Source: Prorocentrum cordatum
Lineage: Eukaryota
Direction: 5' to 3'
Assembly: GCA_963575745.1 (NCBI GenBank)
Contig: CAUYUJ010000300.1
Span: forward strand, 1-64,000
DNA: 64,000 nucleotides
Of the stretch, positions 20,154-32,959 are shown in pieces; within the stretch, counting starts at the first letter, position 1, and every line of letters begins with the position of its first letter. Under the pieces are notes generated by a model that did no database searches, had not been told where the DNA came from, and saw only the letters and a list, made by a program, of their open reading frames with translations. Made by a program: the position numbers and the translations under genes.

Positions 20154-23100
20154 AGGGGGGAAACAAGCCTACCTCGCTTTTGACCACCCTCGCTTCCAAG
20201 AGATACCAAACGATGCCAAACTGCAGCCTGGACTGGTCAGGCCGCTTGACGAGGAGGCGCGTGGTATGGCTTGGTTTTTCCTGGAAGCGAAAGCGGGGTA
20301 GGTAATTCACGCTCTGACTCTTTTCCGCCCCCGAACGTAAGAACGACCCTGGACAGGCGGGATCTGTCGTGCGCGACTTTCGCGGGGGCCGCGGGGAGGC
20401 CGACTCCGAAGCGCGCAGGCCGCCGCCGCCGCGTCGCATCCGGGCCACAGGGGGGGGCCCGTGTGCCCGCAGAGGAGGAGGAGGAAGAGGAGAAGAAGCA
20501 GATGGAGGAAGAGGAGGAGGAGGAGGAGGAGGCGGAGGAGGAGGAGAAAGACGAGGCAGAGGAGGAGAGGGAGGAGACGAACGATGAGGAGGAGGAGAAC
20601 GAGGAGCACCAGGGGTCACTCCAGCGAAAGGTCGCTCTTACGTATACAATTGAAGTAGGAAGGCGCTTGAAGTAGATCGGGATCGCAGAATTCTCACCAC
20701 GAATTCCCTATTCGGCCACATTCCCTATTCAGCCACGCGCCCATGGACAATGAATGACCGTTCGGCCCCCTCACTCCGACTAATACTTTCAACGACCAGC
20801 GTGTACGTATAGCCGGCAATGGACCACTTCACTAGGGCCGGTTTTGCGCCCTGAGCTGTTTACGGCCCCGAAGCCCGGAGAGGGCCCCCAGAGGCCCAAA
20901 ACGGCCAAACACACTTCAAAACAAACTGCGAAAAACGGCCGAAAGCGGCCCAAAATGCTCCAATTTTGTTCGGAGCGTCCCCCTCCCCCCCCGCGAAGGG
21001 CAGCGCTGGTTGCAAATCCACGCGCCTTGATCCATGTTTGCGATTCCTTGCAATCCTTGCTCCTCCCCCCAACCCCCCACCCCCCACCCCGGAGGAGGAA
21101 GAGGAGGAGGAGGAGGCGGAGGAGGAGGAGGAGGACGAGGAGGAGGAGGAGGAGGAGGAGGAGGAGGAGGGGAGGGGAGGAGGAGGAGGAGGGGGAGGAG
21201 GGGGAGGAGGAGGAGGGGAGGAGGAGGAGGCGGAGGAGGAGGAGGAGGAGGAGGAGGAGGAGGAGGAGGAGGAGGAGGAGGAGGGAGGAGGAGGAGGAGG
21301 AGGAGGACCCCTCCATCAGCGCCTGCCCTCCCGAGGGCCAGAGCGAACGGCGGCGGCGGCCGAGGGCCTGCGACGCCCGCGCGCGGCCGAGCTGCGGCTG
21401 CGAGGCCGGGCGGCCAAGGGACGGCCGCCCGGGCGCCAACGGCCAGGTGGAGCACCCGTCCGCCGCGCCGGCGGCGGCGGGCGGGGCCGCCAGCGAGGCC
21501 CGCGAGGACTCGCGGCTCGGGGCGGCCCGGGAGCTGCCCGCCGCGTCCTCTGGAGGGGCAGGCCTCAGGGCCCAGGTCCTCCTCCGCCTCCTGCTCCTCC
21601 TCCTGCTCCTCCTCCTTCTCCTCCTCAACCTTCTTCTCCTCCTCCTCCTCCTCCTCCTCCTCCTCCTCCTCCTCCTTCTCCTTCCTGTGGGCCTGCAGCT
21701 GTCCGAATGCTGCTGTACGCCCTCAGCTGTGGCTCCCTGGTGAGGCCCTTGCGCGGACTCTTGATCCGATCCGATCCGATCCTCCTCCTCCTCCTCGTCC
21801 TCCTCCTCGTCCTCCTCCTCGTCCTCCTCCTCGTCGTCCTCCTCCTCCTCCTCCTCCTCCTCCTCCTCCTCCTCCCTCTCCTCCTCCCCCAAACGGGGAG
21901 GCGTACGATGCGCGACAAGGATGCAGGCCCCTTGGACTCCCGTGCTGAAGCTTTTTCGAAAGCGACGGGCCATCGAAAGTAGTCTAGGATGGACCAAGGA
22001 GGCACGGATGCACGGATGCAAGGGTACCCTCGGGAAGGTTACCCATTCTTACCATCGCTTTCGACTGTACGGCAATCGTGCTACCATAGGGAGCGCAAAA
22101 CAGGGAACGAAGGGGCGTCTCTGCCCACGGCGTGCCCAGGACACAACAGGTTCCGCGACAGACATCTAAGGAACGGTCCGAAAACCAAAGCCCGTGCCAA
22201 ACCCAAAGCGGTCCTTAATTTCAGCGTCTTGACTGCACGGCAGGTTCGCGTCGTGCCGACACCAGCGATGGCTCCTGACACCGCGGGGATCGTTCAAGCT
22301 TGAACGGTCGGCGGATCGCCAGATCGAGGAGGAGGAGGAGGAGGAAGGAGGAGGAGGAGGAGGAAGGAGGAGGACGAGGAGGAGGAAGGAGGAGGAGGAG
22401 GACGAGGAGGACGAGGAGGACGAGGAGGAAAAAGGAGGAGGAGGAGGAGGAGGGAGGAGGAGGAGAAGGAGGAGGAAGGAGGAGGACGAGGAGGTTCCAC
22501 ATCGACCGATTCTGGGCCACTGGCGGCGTTCTGCCTCGAGCGCCCGCAGCGGTGGTCGCCGCCGCGATGGCACGGCACGACCTTCCTCCAGCACGGTCGG
22601 GGCAAGGCCTCAACGAGCGCGTGGTTCTGTTGGCGCGGCACTGCTGCTGTGTCGAGCTCGCCGGGAGACGCAGACGTGTCAAGCTGCAGCCGACGGTCAA
22701 AGGACCATGGCAGGGAATAGCAGCCGCCACAAAAGAAGAGTTCGGCGCATTCCGAGATCATGCGAATGAGCTCGAGCGCGCGCAAGCGTACACCCTGCGA
22801 AATGCTTAAGAAATCATGGGTTAAGAAATTCATAGTCTCAGAAATTGAATAAAACCCAGAACTTCTATCAACATCTGGGGATTTACATTGAAAAGTTAAG
22901 AATAATCGAGATTCTGGACGAAAACTTAGGTTTTCTTAAGCATCGCCTAAGGTGTAGAGTAGTTTTGTCCAGCTGTGCAACGTTACGGTTGGGCGACGCT
23001 GCGGCATCGTAGCCGCGGCCAGAGCGCAAACCGACAGCCCAGGCCCTTTCTCCGGAGGCCTCTGGCCGCAGACAAGGCACCCCTGACGAGGAGCACTCCG

Positions 23101-23829
23101 AGGTGGAGATTCCAAGCACGAAGTGCATGAGTGCACCCCTCGAAGGCTCGGGCTGCTCTTAACCCTCGCGCCAACTATACCAGTGCAGTCACCGTGCCAC
23201 CATAAGGAATTCTCAATAGGGAACGTGGAGGAAGATGAGACGGAGGAGGAAAAGGCGGAGGAGGAGGCTAGGACGAGCATGGGCATCGGTACCCTTTGGA
23301 GGCGCGGTCATGGGAACCAGCAGCACCAAAGGGGGGTGCGTCCACGAGGGAAAGACGATGTTAGATTTTGCGGGGCTGGTGGTAATCATTCGGCCATCTA
23401 GGAAGCCCGAGCGTTTTTACCCTCACCGAGAGCGGGGTCATCTGCTCGGGGGCGTCCACGAGGCACGTGCGCGGACAGGGGTGGCCCAGGGGACGCGTTG
23501 AAAGAAGAAGAGGGGGCCATACAGTTCTCAAGATATCATGCCCCCCGCTATGATGCCCACCCCCTCCCAGTCACCACGACCCAATCGGCCGCCCCCCATC
23601 TTCCCCTGGCGGAGGCAACCGCCGACATTGGTGTTTGTGTCAACCTCTAGGCCTTCGACTCTCCTTGTCCCCCCCCTGGTCCTCGCCGTCCGCCGCAGAT
23701 GCCCTCGGCGCGAGCGCGTCCACCTTGGCACGAAGGGAAAGGGTCCCGAAGGACGAGGAGGGAGGGAGGGAGAAAGGCGGACGGCGGACGACGACGATAT
23801 AGGATAGCAGCAAATAGTACGAGGAGGAG

Positions 23830-25755
23830 GAGGAGGAGACCTACAGACAGGACCACATGCCGTGAGCGAGCGAGCGAGCGAGGAGGAGAAAGAGGATGAG
23901 GATGAGGATTTCCAGGATTTCCGCCATCACGTAGTGATAACAAGGCTTAACGCTCAGCTCTTCGGAAACAGGCCGCGTTCTATCCTGTCAAGATATGCGT
24001 GGCCTTCGAGATGGGCACTTTGCACGATTCCGCTAGCCCCCTGAGCTGGGCTTGACCGTAGAACCCGCATGTGCCACAACACCACATCTGAAGGTCTTTC
24101 TGATACATCAAAGCATGCGTGGGATGGGTCCAACCCCCAGCCAAGTGTAAACGCCGTCCTCTTGGAACGCGGGCAATCTGGCTATTCACATGGAGGAGTT
24201 GGACGCACTCACTTTTTAACCACTCCGACAACACAGCTTTGGTCGACGAGCCCCTACACACACTACACGCCCTACCACTTTCGGTCAGGGAGTGGGATGG
24301 CGCGAAGCGTGCAACAGCAATAAGGGGAGGAGGAGGCGGCGGAGGAGGACCAGCCCTCGCTGGGGCCCCAGCATCCCCAGACATCTGAGAGGCCCGAATT
24401 GAGTCGAGTCCCGCTCTTAGCAGCCGCCTCCGGACTAACATGGCTTTGTATTCGATGGTCATAACTTGTTGACGACTGGCCTGGGAAACGCGCGCGTGCG
24501 CGGCTGATTCTCCAGCAAGGACGTCAACACAAGCATTGCCAAACACGAGCCAACTCGGGATCCCGCGAGCACGGTATTCTCGCGGGCTGAGGTGCGAAGG
24601 AACCTGCACAATCACTATGCTGGTCGGGTGTCGAGCCTGCCGCTGAAGGAGATTGCCAACCTCTCTCCAGAGGTCGGCCTGTGGCCCCTCTGGCCTGCGG
24701 AAAAGCTCTGAGTACCACCCCCTCGAAACCTCGGCACAGTCAGTCACGTAAACAAGCACCCCCTCAGTGTATCGGAGGGCCCCAAAAAACGTTAAAAATT
24801 CGCCCCTCGGGGCGCTCTGGGAGGCTCCTGGGAGCGGCCCCACCATGAAAGGCCCCAAAGTAGGCGGGTCATACGAGTCCATCTTGGCGATAGCCAGCCC
24901 TACCCTACGAAGCCTAGAATCGTGAGTGTCGTTCCCCCCCGGCGCGTCCCCAAACAGGACCAGGGGCTCCTGAGAAGTGCCAGCACCTAGACAACCTACC
25001 TCCAGAGAGCCTCCGAGCCAGTTGCCCCCGAGAATGGCCTCTTCGGAGGGAGGAGGAGGGACCCCCGTCCAGGAGGAAGGGATGAGGCCCCTCATCCAAA
25101 AACATGGGGAAGGTTCAGACTCAGAAATAGCCTGGGTGATTAGATCATTCGAATCTGCATATGATTGGACACGGAGCTGGCGTTAGCCTCGCATGTCCAA
25201 CGTCTGTGCAAGGGTGTCTGTGGACCACTTCCGCACCGCAGGCAATCTGTCGTGCTGCACAGGTTGGCCTGGGAACTCCTCTCGCGCGTCCAGTAGCCAC
25301 CTGTGGCGATGGACACGAGCAGCTCCGCGAGCTGCCTGCCTTTCTTGATGTCCTGCAGGTCATGAATCATGGACTGCAGCGATGCGACGTCGACGCCCTC
25401 GGCGACTCCCTCGCCACAAAACTGAGCAGCCGCTGCTCGCCACTGCTGGAGCTCTCGTGTCCGCTGGAACTTATCCAGCAGGGGTCTTGCTTGATCCAGC
25501 GCCTCGAAATCACTGCCGTGGAACAGCCAAGTGTGTGACGTCGAGGAGCCATCACGCGGCACTTCCCATTCAGTCGGCGAGGTCGGCATCCACCCTGCCT
25601 CCATGAAATACATAATAACCGTCGTCATCGGCCCTCGTATGCGACGCGCTCGTTTGCGGACTGGTAAGCTGGAAAGATGGGCCACCGCTCATGGCCATGC
25701 TCGCGCAATGGCTGGCCGAATCTGAGGATCAGACAACCGCGCGCTCAGCCACTGA
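23830..25755 (-). mobile_element. 5'-truncated non-LTR (LINE) retrotransposon 3' end: Cys/His motif, RNase H and C-terminal Cys/His motifs
   Basis: TGGYWTRER..CLRCGSGPQTPLHRRWTC; LFGDAPGG..RRVGLA..LPGASQSAPRGE..YVTDC..ADLW..VPSH..GNACVDVLA; CSVC..HPTH..WCCGTCG. One frameshift near 25100-25140. Confidence 0.8.
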
Positions 25756-25878
25756 GAGGAGGAGGAGGAGGAGGAGGAGAAGGAGAAGGAGGAGGAGGAG
25801 GAGGAGGAGGAGTTCCCCCCCCCCCCCCCCTCCCACACACCGAGAGCAGGGTCGCGCCCCCGCCCGCGCTGCTGAAGT

Positions 25879-26350
25879 CCCAGTACCTGTGAGTGGCCCG
25901 AGCACCACCCCATAAGCAAGAGACTCCATTAGAAACGTGGTGTCCCAGTCCATGTGAGTGGCCCGAACACCACCCCATAAGCAAGAGACTCCATTATAGA
26001 GAAAGTGAGGACCCAGTCCATGTGAGTGGCCCTGACACCACCCTGTAAGCAGAGAGACTCCAGTTCAAATGAAGACCCAGTCCATGTGAGTGGCCCAGAC
26101 ACCACCCCATACGCACAGAGAGTCCATATCAGATGACGTCCCAGTCCTTGTGAGTGGCCCGAACACCACCCCGTAAGCAGAGAGGCTCCAATTCAAGTGA
26201 AGACCCAGTCCATGCCAGTGGCCCGAGCACCACCCCATAAGCAAAGAAACTCCATTCGAGAAACGAAGTCCCAGCCCCTGTGAGTGGCCCGACAACCACC
26301 CCATGAGCAGAGAGACTCCATTCGAGAGAAGACCCAGCCCGTGTGAGTTG
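25879..26350. repeat. Tandem array of about 8 units of 63-68 bp with a constant ~50-bp core and variable linkers
   Basis: Core 'cccagtccatgtgagtggcccga.caccaccccataagca(g)agagactcca' followed by a variable linker of 10-18 nt. Confidence 0.9.
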
Positions 26351-27725
26351 CTCAAAGCAGCCGCCATGCCGCTCAAGCGTGACTGCGCTACTCCTCAGAG
26401 TCGACGCCATACCTCCCAAGAGACACTGCACTCCCCGACAGTGAAGACGCCATACAAACCAAGAGAAGCTGCACTCCACCTCAAAGAGGACGCGGAACCG
26501 AGCTTCCCAAAGATATCGACTATAGCGCAAGAGCCCACTACACATAGTGAACTGATTCGTCGAATGGGTCGCCGTCGAGAACCGCCGAACCACCTCGTAC
26601 ACCTTCATAGAACTGAAAATCCATGATCTCGTCCAGAGGCAGGGCATGAGGATCACGAAGAAGAGACTCGATGCGTCCATCGGCAACCCGAGCGAGCCCT
26701 TCGAATTCAAGCAGAAGCACCCTGACGAACGCCTGCACCTCATCTAAGAACTGCTCGAAACATCTAATTGGGTCCCCCATCTGCAGCTCACAAGAGAAGG
26801 AGTCCGCAAGCGAAACGTGCTCGACAGAAGGCCGCGGGCCAGGAGGAAGGGTAGGTAGCTCGGCAATGGCTTGGCCCAATGCATCCAAACGGGCGCCAAC
26901 ATCTTCGGCAACGCGCTGAAATCCAATGCCCACGACATCAAGAGCACCGCCACAGATCACTACGGAGCTGGCAGAGGGCACAATTGAGCCCATCGTCTGC
27001 GTGCCAACGCACTTGGAGCCATCGGAGATGTCGGAAAACTCCGTCACAATGTGGTCCGCGCACTCCGAGGCGCCGGAAGAGGACGTAGCAGACGACCCAA
27101 TCGGAGAACAGGCAGTCGAACACGACAACGATGGCAACAGCACCCGCGTGCGAGGGGCTTTACGCGGCGGGGTGACAGAGTCCTCACCAGAAGCTGGGCG
27201 CGACTGCCCAGCAGATGAGGAAGAGGCCCGAGCCCCAGCATGTCCACCGTCGGGCCCTCTATGGTCATCGCCATTGGCGCCAAACCCGCGTCGAGGAGGC
27301 GCATCATCCTCGGGGTCCTTGTCGCCGTCACCGTCGTCGCTGTCGTCTCCTCCGCCTCCGAACTCATCAGCAGCAGCAGGTGGCCCAGGACTCAGTGGCC
27401 GCAGCACGAAGGACACGTCCGAACGCCCTCCAGAGTGCTGGTGACCATGGTCCACGACTACGTACTGCGCCTCGATGGCAAGCACATGTTGCAGCAGGGC
27501 TTGCACCAAGCGGCATCACCACGACGTGGATGCGGAGGTCAGCAGCATTCATGCTGATCCGCGCCTTCACGGGCCGCCCGATCGCCACCTGCTCCAGGAG
27601 CCACGCGAGCCGCGCACGGATGGCCATGGCCGCAGAGCCGAAAAGGGGAGGAGGGGAGAGGAGGGGATTGGGGGCGCACGTGCGTCCGCGCGGCCGCCGA
27701 GGCGCAAAAACACCTGAAACGGCTA
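26350..27725 (-). pseudogene. Degenerate ORF of unknown product (possibly a retroelement ORF1) running into the tandem array
   Basis: Overlapping frameshifted ORFs MAIRARLAWLLEQVAIGRP.../MVQALLQHVL...(323 aa)/...YLWEARFRVLF. They start just after a (CTC)n tract. Confidence 0.35.
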
Positions 27726-28227
27726 GGAGGAGGAGGAGGAGGAGGAGGAGGAGGAGGAGGAGGAGGAGAAAAAGGAGGAGGAGGAGGATGAGGATGAGGA
27801 GGAGGGGGATGAGGAGGAAGAGGAGGAGGAGGAGGAGGAGGAGGAGGAGGGAGGGGAGGAGGGGGAGGGGGAGGAGGATTTTTCTTATCCAGGGGGCTTC
27901 AACCGCTAAGGTAAAAGGCGCACCGACGGCAGAGGGCGGCGAATCCACTACCGACGACGAGGACCGCTACAGTGCACCACGACGAAAGCGACGGGGCGCA
28001 ACTATAGCGGCAATGCAGTCCTATGCACACGGGGGGCCTGCACCCACCCCCCGGCCGTGTACCGCGCCGAGAAGACCTCCAGGAGCGAGAACGCGAACGC
28101 CACGACGATCACCCTGCGCCTCGGATGATCGCCGCGCCCGCGCGCGCAGCGCCCACCGCCGCTCCTCCACCTCCACGTCGTCCGCAAAACGGCCGTCGGG
28201 AGGCGCAGCAAGGGCAGCCCCAGCACC

Positions 28228-28440
28228 AGTTTGGACACCCGAAATGGGTACCGAAAGAATGGATGCCCAACAACAAATGTTGTCCCAAACCAACAGCGGC
28301 CGCTGTTGGGCAGGCGGCCTTCTGTCTCGAATGGACACAGGCCGCGGCGGCGTGGACAGCGAATCCTGTTCAGAATGAACAGGAACTGCTGTTGGACATC
28401 GTACCCATTCTTTCCATGCCCATCTCGGGCGTCCAGCACC
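28228..28440. repeat. Dispersed repeat, copies at about 39235-39440 and 42862-43050
   Basis: 'tgcccaacaacaaa.gt..cccaaa..cagcggccg.tg.tgggcaggcggccttctgtct'. Confidence 0.8.
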
Positions 28441-28757
28441 AGCAGCTCCACCAGGAGCCGCCGCGGCAGGGCGCACCGCCCCCACGGCGGGCGGGCGCGC
28501 GGCGCGCGGGGAGGCCACCTGCGGCAGGAGCACCAGCACCGAGAGGGGGGCCGCCGCGCGGACCTGGGAGCTCGTCGGCCCAGCTGCCGCCGGGCAGGGG
28601 CGAGGGCGGAGTCGCGTGGCCCTCGTCCTGCGAGCCCCCGCGCGCCGCCGCCAGCGCCGACGGAGCGGGAGCAGCCCTCCCCAGCTCCGCTCCCGAGGCC
28701 TTCCACCTTCACCACCTCCATCGAAGCGTCGTCGCCAAGCTCGGCGAGTCCAGAAAC

Positions 28758-28885
28758 TGGCTATCGCTCGGACGTCCATTTCCTGTTGTTTTTGGGGTTT
28801 CGTGCGTGGTTGTTTCGCCAAATGATCAAGGATGCTCCTCGATGGTCCTCGCCGAAAGAAAAATGCACACGTCCGAGCGATGCCA
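28758..28885. mobile_element. MITE of about 125 bp, second copy at 52760-52883
   Basis: TIR atcgctcggacgt / acgtccgagcgat with a near-identical interior in both copies. Confidence 0.8.
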
Positions 28886-29217
28886 AGGAAAGGCCGCCAG
28901 CACCGCCTCGCCCTCGCAGCCGTCGCCGCCGCCGAGGGCGGCCCGCAGGCTGGGCAGCGTCGGGCTCAGGCGGGGGCGCCGCCTCGGGCGCGCCGAGCAC
29001 TGCCGCCGCCGTGCGGAGGAGGCCCTCGGCCGCACGCAGCAGCCGCATTCCGTCGAGGGAGTGAGCGGCCGCCAGCCCGCAGGTAGCGTGCGCGGCCACG
29101 AGCGCGCCGCGGGCCGCCTCGAGGGCAGCGCGGCGCCCGTCCACCGCCCGCGGCATCGGAACGCTGCGGCCGCAAGCACGGGGCTTGAGTCAGCGAAGCG
29201 AACCTGAGCCAGCAGGG

Positions 29218-29238
29218 CTTGAGCCAAAATGGCTACGG
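29218..29238 (-). other. Dinoflagellate spliced-leader sequence (genomic relic)
   Basis: The reverse complement reads CCGTAGCCATTTTGGCTCAAG, a 21/21 match to the DinoSL core. It is not followed by GT, so it is not an SL-RNA gene. Confidence 0.95.
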
Positions 29239-29280
29239 GGAGGGGGAGGAGGAGGAGAAAGAGGAAGAGGAGGAGAAGGA

Positions 29281-30037
<757 letters not shown>

Positions 30038-30558
30038 TCGTAGGAGAGAGAGGGAGGAGAGGACAGGAGAGTAGAGGAGGGTAGGAGGAGGAGGGAAGGA
30101 GGAGGAGGGAGGAGAGGAGGAGGAGGAGGAGGGAGAGGAGAGGAGGAGGAGGCGAGGAGGAGGAGGAGGAGGGAGGAGGGAGGAGGAGGAGGAGGGACAG
30201 GACGAGGAGGAAGGACAGAAGATCAACGAGACGGGCGCCGCGTCCAAAGACGACGCAGCGGCTGCAAGACGAGAGGGGGGGCCGACGGGGGCCGACGACC
30301 CCAGGACTTCCCCCAGGATCAACACTTCGCACCTGAGCACCAGGCGATGATGGGCGTGTCTTCCACCACCACCACCACCACAAGTTGGAGGGGGGTCCTC
30401 CTCCGCCTCCTCCTCCTCATCCTGCTCCTCCTCCTCTTCGTCCTCCTCCTCGCCCTCCTCCTCCTTCCCCCCTCCAACTTATGGTGGTGGTGGTGGTGGC
30501 AAGCCTTCGGGCAGCCGAACAATGTGAACGACCTCGAGCAAGATCGAACCAAGAAGAA

Positions 30559-30753
30559 TCGGGCCGGGCGAAGGGGGGGATAGCAAAGGGGCGGTCTGAG
30601 AATCAGCTCACGTAGCTGATTTTCCCGGCGCCTCCCGGAGCCGGGAGGCGCCCATGCATCGAGGAATGGGCCCGGCGGCGGGGCCGGAACAAGCAGCATG
30701 CAGCAGATTTCGTACCCCCTCCTTTCCCTATCCCCCCCTTCCGTGCGGCCCGA
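30559..30753. mobile_element. MITE-like element, copy at about 63024-63206 and a partial interrupted copy at about 4430-4747
   Basis: TIRs tcgggccgggcgaagggggggatag / ctatcccccccttccgtgcggcccga, with an internal hairpin aatcagct-cacgt-agctgatt. Confidence 0.75.
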
Positions 30754-30852
30754 GAAACATCAAGGACCCTTGAGAGCAGCCGGCTCTGAGGAGGATGTAT
30801 CATCGGGCGCCACGGCCGTTCCAAACTCTGAGATGTACCCCAGGAGGGCCCA

Positions 30853-31060
30853 GAATCGAATCGACAAATCGGATCGGCGATCGACATACATCGGATCGGC
30901 GGAAATCGGCAGCCGTGTTGGGAAAAGTCGAATCGGCGTGAATCGGCATGCTAGTAGGCCTCCACTGAGAAATCGGATCCCGGATCGACATCCGAAGTCG
31001 AATCGAACCTGAATCGGAGTCCATCGAAATCGAATCGAATCGAATCGGAACAGTCGAAAT
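30853..31060. repeat. Degenerate (GAATC/GGATC)n low-complexity repeat
   Basis: Many gaatc, aatcg and gatcg pentamers. Confidence 0.7.
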
Positions 31061-32959
31061 GAGTCTTGTGTACCCCGGTCTTGGCGCTCCCCCTCCCCCT
31101 CCTCCTCCTCCTCTCCTCCTCCTCCTCCTCCTCCTCCTCCTCCTCCTCCTCCTCCTCCCCCATCCCCCTCCTCCTCCCCCTCCCCCTTCCCCTCCCCCTC
31201 CTCCTCCTCCTCCTCCTCCTCCTCCTTCTCCTCCTCCGCCTGCTCCTCCTCCCCAAAGGGAGAAGGGCAGAGCGAGAGCGACACTCGGTTGCCCCCTAGG
31301 GGGGCGACAAGGTGGCGGTGCCGCTGCTCCGCGGACCTCTCCCAGGAAGGGTGCGTCCTGACCCGTCTCGGGGCCACTCCGGCCGCGGCGGCGGAGGGCT
31401 CTCCAGGAAGAGCCGCGGCATCGGCACGCACCCTAGAGTTCGTAAGAAAAGGAAAGGGGGTCACAACCCTCCCAGACGAGAAGTCTTAGACCCCCCCAGA
31501 CCATCTATATGAAAGGGCGGCCCTCTGCCCAGACCCCCCCGAACCCTCCACGACAGCTCAAATCAGACCCCCCCACTTTATTTTGGAATCCAGAGTACCT
31601 CACGGCCGGCAATTTTTGCGCAGCGTGTCGCGGCGGCGGCCCTGGCGATGCGCTGTGCCTTGCGAGCGGAAAGCGTGTCGCTCGGGCCCGTGGGGCGGGG
31701 AAGCGGGGAACGCTCGGCACGTGGACGCCTGGGGACTGAGCAGGCGGAGCGACACGCTCAGCCCAGACTCCTAAGCGCATCCTCCCCGGACCCCCCTTGT
31801 CTTGGCGGTGCGCACGCGGGGTTATAGGGGAAGGGGGGGGGCTTCTTAGAAGGAGGCCGCTCCTTCAAGGACGCCGGCCCTATAGGTAAGGCCCGCGCCT
31901 TCTCAAGAGGATGGGTGCTTTTCAAAAACACCCCTCCCTCCCCCTCCTCTTCGGCTGCACGCAAGAGTGATCCTGGGTAACAGCGACCTCTGATGCACAG
32001 CTTTTCGGGGACCGCAATGGGGACCAAACACAGGCGCGCATGACGCGGCCATCGCATCGCGTTCGGCGGTCGGGGGGCCCCCATGGGCCCGCACCCAAAG
32101 GTCACCTCGGCGAAGGGCCACTCCCACGCGTAGTCGACCTCTGCGCGTGGCTGGCTTTTGAGCAGGGACCGACCGTCCCGGCAATCCTATAGTCATATCA
32201 CGAAATGTTCTTAGAATCCAAAAATGCTCGAATAACAAAAACAAGGTTCTTAGAACATAGTAAGCCCGATGTGGTAAAACAAGACGGGTTCCGCCAGACA
32301 TGCTCCAAGAACAGTGTTTGAAAACCACAGAAGGTTATCAGAACATTGCCTGGTGGGACTATGAGCGAGCCGGGACGCTTCGCCACTGCTTGATGCCCCG
32401 CAGCGACCACCGTGGACGCTCTCGGCGCGAGCACGCTCGCCCGGCCGGGCAGCTCGGAGACCGTGGACGACCTGGACAGCTCGGAGGTGGCGCTCGGCCG
32501 CGCGGCGGCGGCCCGCGGGGCCCGCGGGGGGGGCGCGTCGCCCGCCGCTGAAGGGCGAGCCGCCCGCGCCTCCGCCTGCCGCGAGGGGCTGGTATCGCGC
32601 CTGGCGGCGGGCCCTCCTCCTCCTCCTCCTCCTCCTCCTCCTCCTGTTTCTCCTTCTGTTCCTCCTCTTCCTCCTCCTCCTCCTCCGCCTCCTCCGCCTC
32701 GTCCTCCTCCTCCGCCTCGTCCTCCTCCTCCTCCGCCTCCTCCGCCTCCTCTTCCTCCGCCATCTCCTCCTCCTCCTCCTCCTCCTCCTCCGCCTCGTCC
32801 TCCTCCTCCGCGTTCTCATCCTCCTCCTCCTCCTCCTCCTCGTCCTCCTCCTCCTTCGTCCTCCTCCTCCGCCTGCTCCGCCTCCTCCTCCTCCTCCTCG
32901 TTCTTCCTCTCCTCCTGCGACGCAGACAGACGACGACAGAAGGGTCAGTGAACCTGCCC

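Larger units (their letters stand above)
28440..29238 (-). mobile_element. Retrocopy headed by a perfect DinoSL core and relic SLs, interrupted by a MITE
   Basis: SL at 29238-29218, then ATG at 29156: MPRAVDGRRAALEAARGALVAAHATCGLAA..MRLLRAAEGLLRTAAAVL. Confidence 0.65.

Noticed and set aside
22495..22940. Possible Tc1-type transposase C-terminal fragment (HDLPPARSGQGLNERV) followed by an AT-rich tail
   Set aside because: Similarity to the SPDLNPIE motif is too weak to support by eye.
25879..26350. CRISPR array
   Set aside because: The repeat is about 50 bp, the linkers are only 10-18 bp and similar to each other, there are no cas genes, and the context is eukaryotic.
29218..29238. SL RNA gene
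   Set aside because: The SL is not followed by the GT donor and intron; it leads into relic SLs and an ORF. The same applies to 47416-47437.
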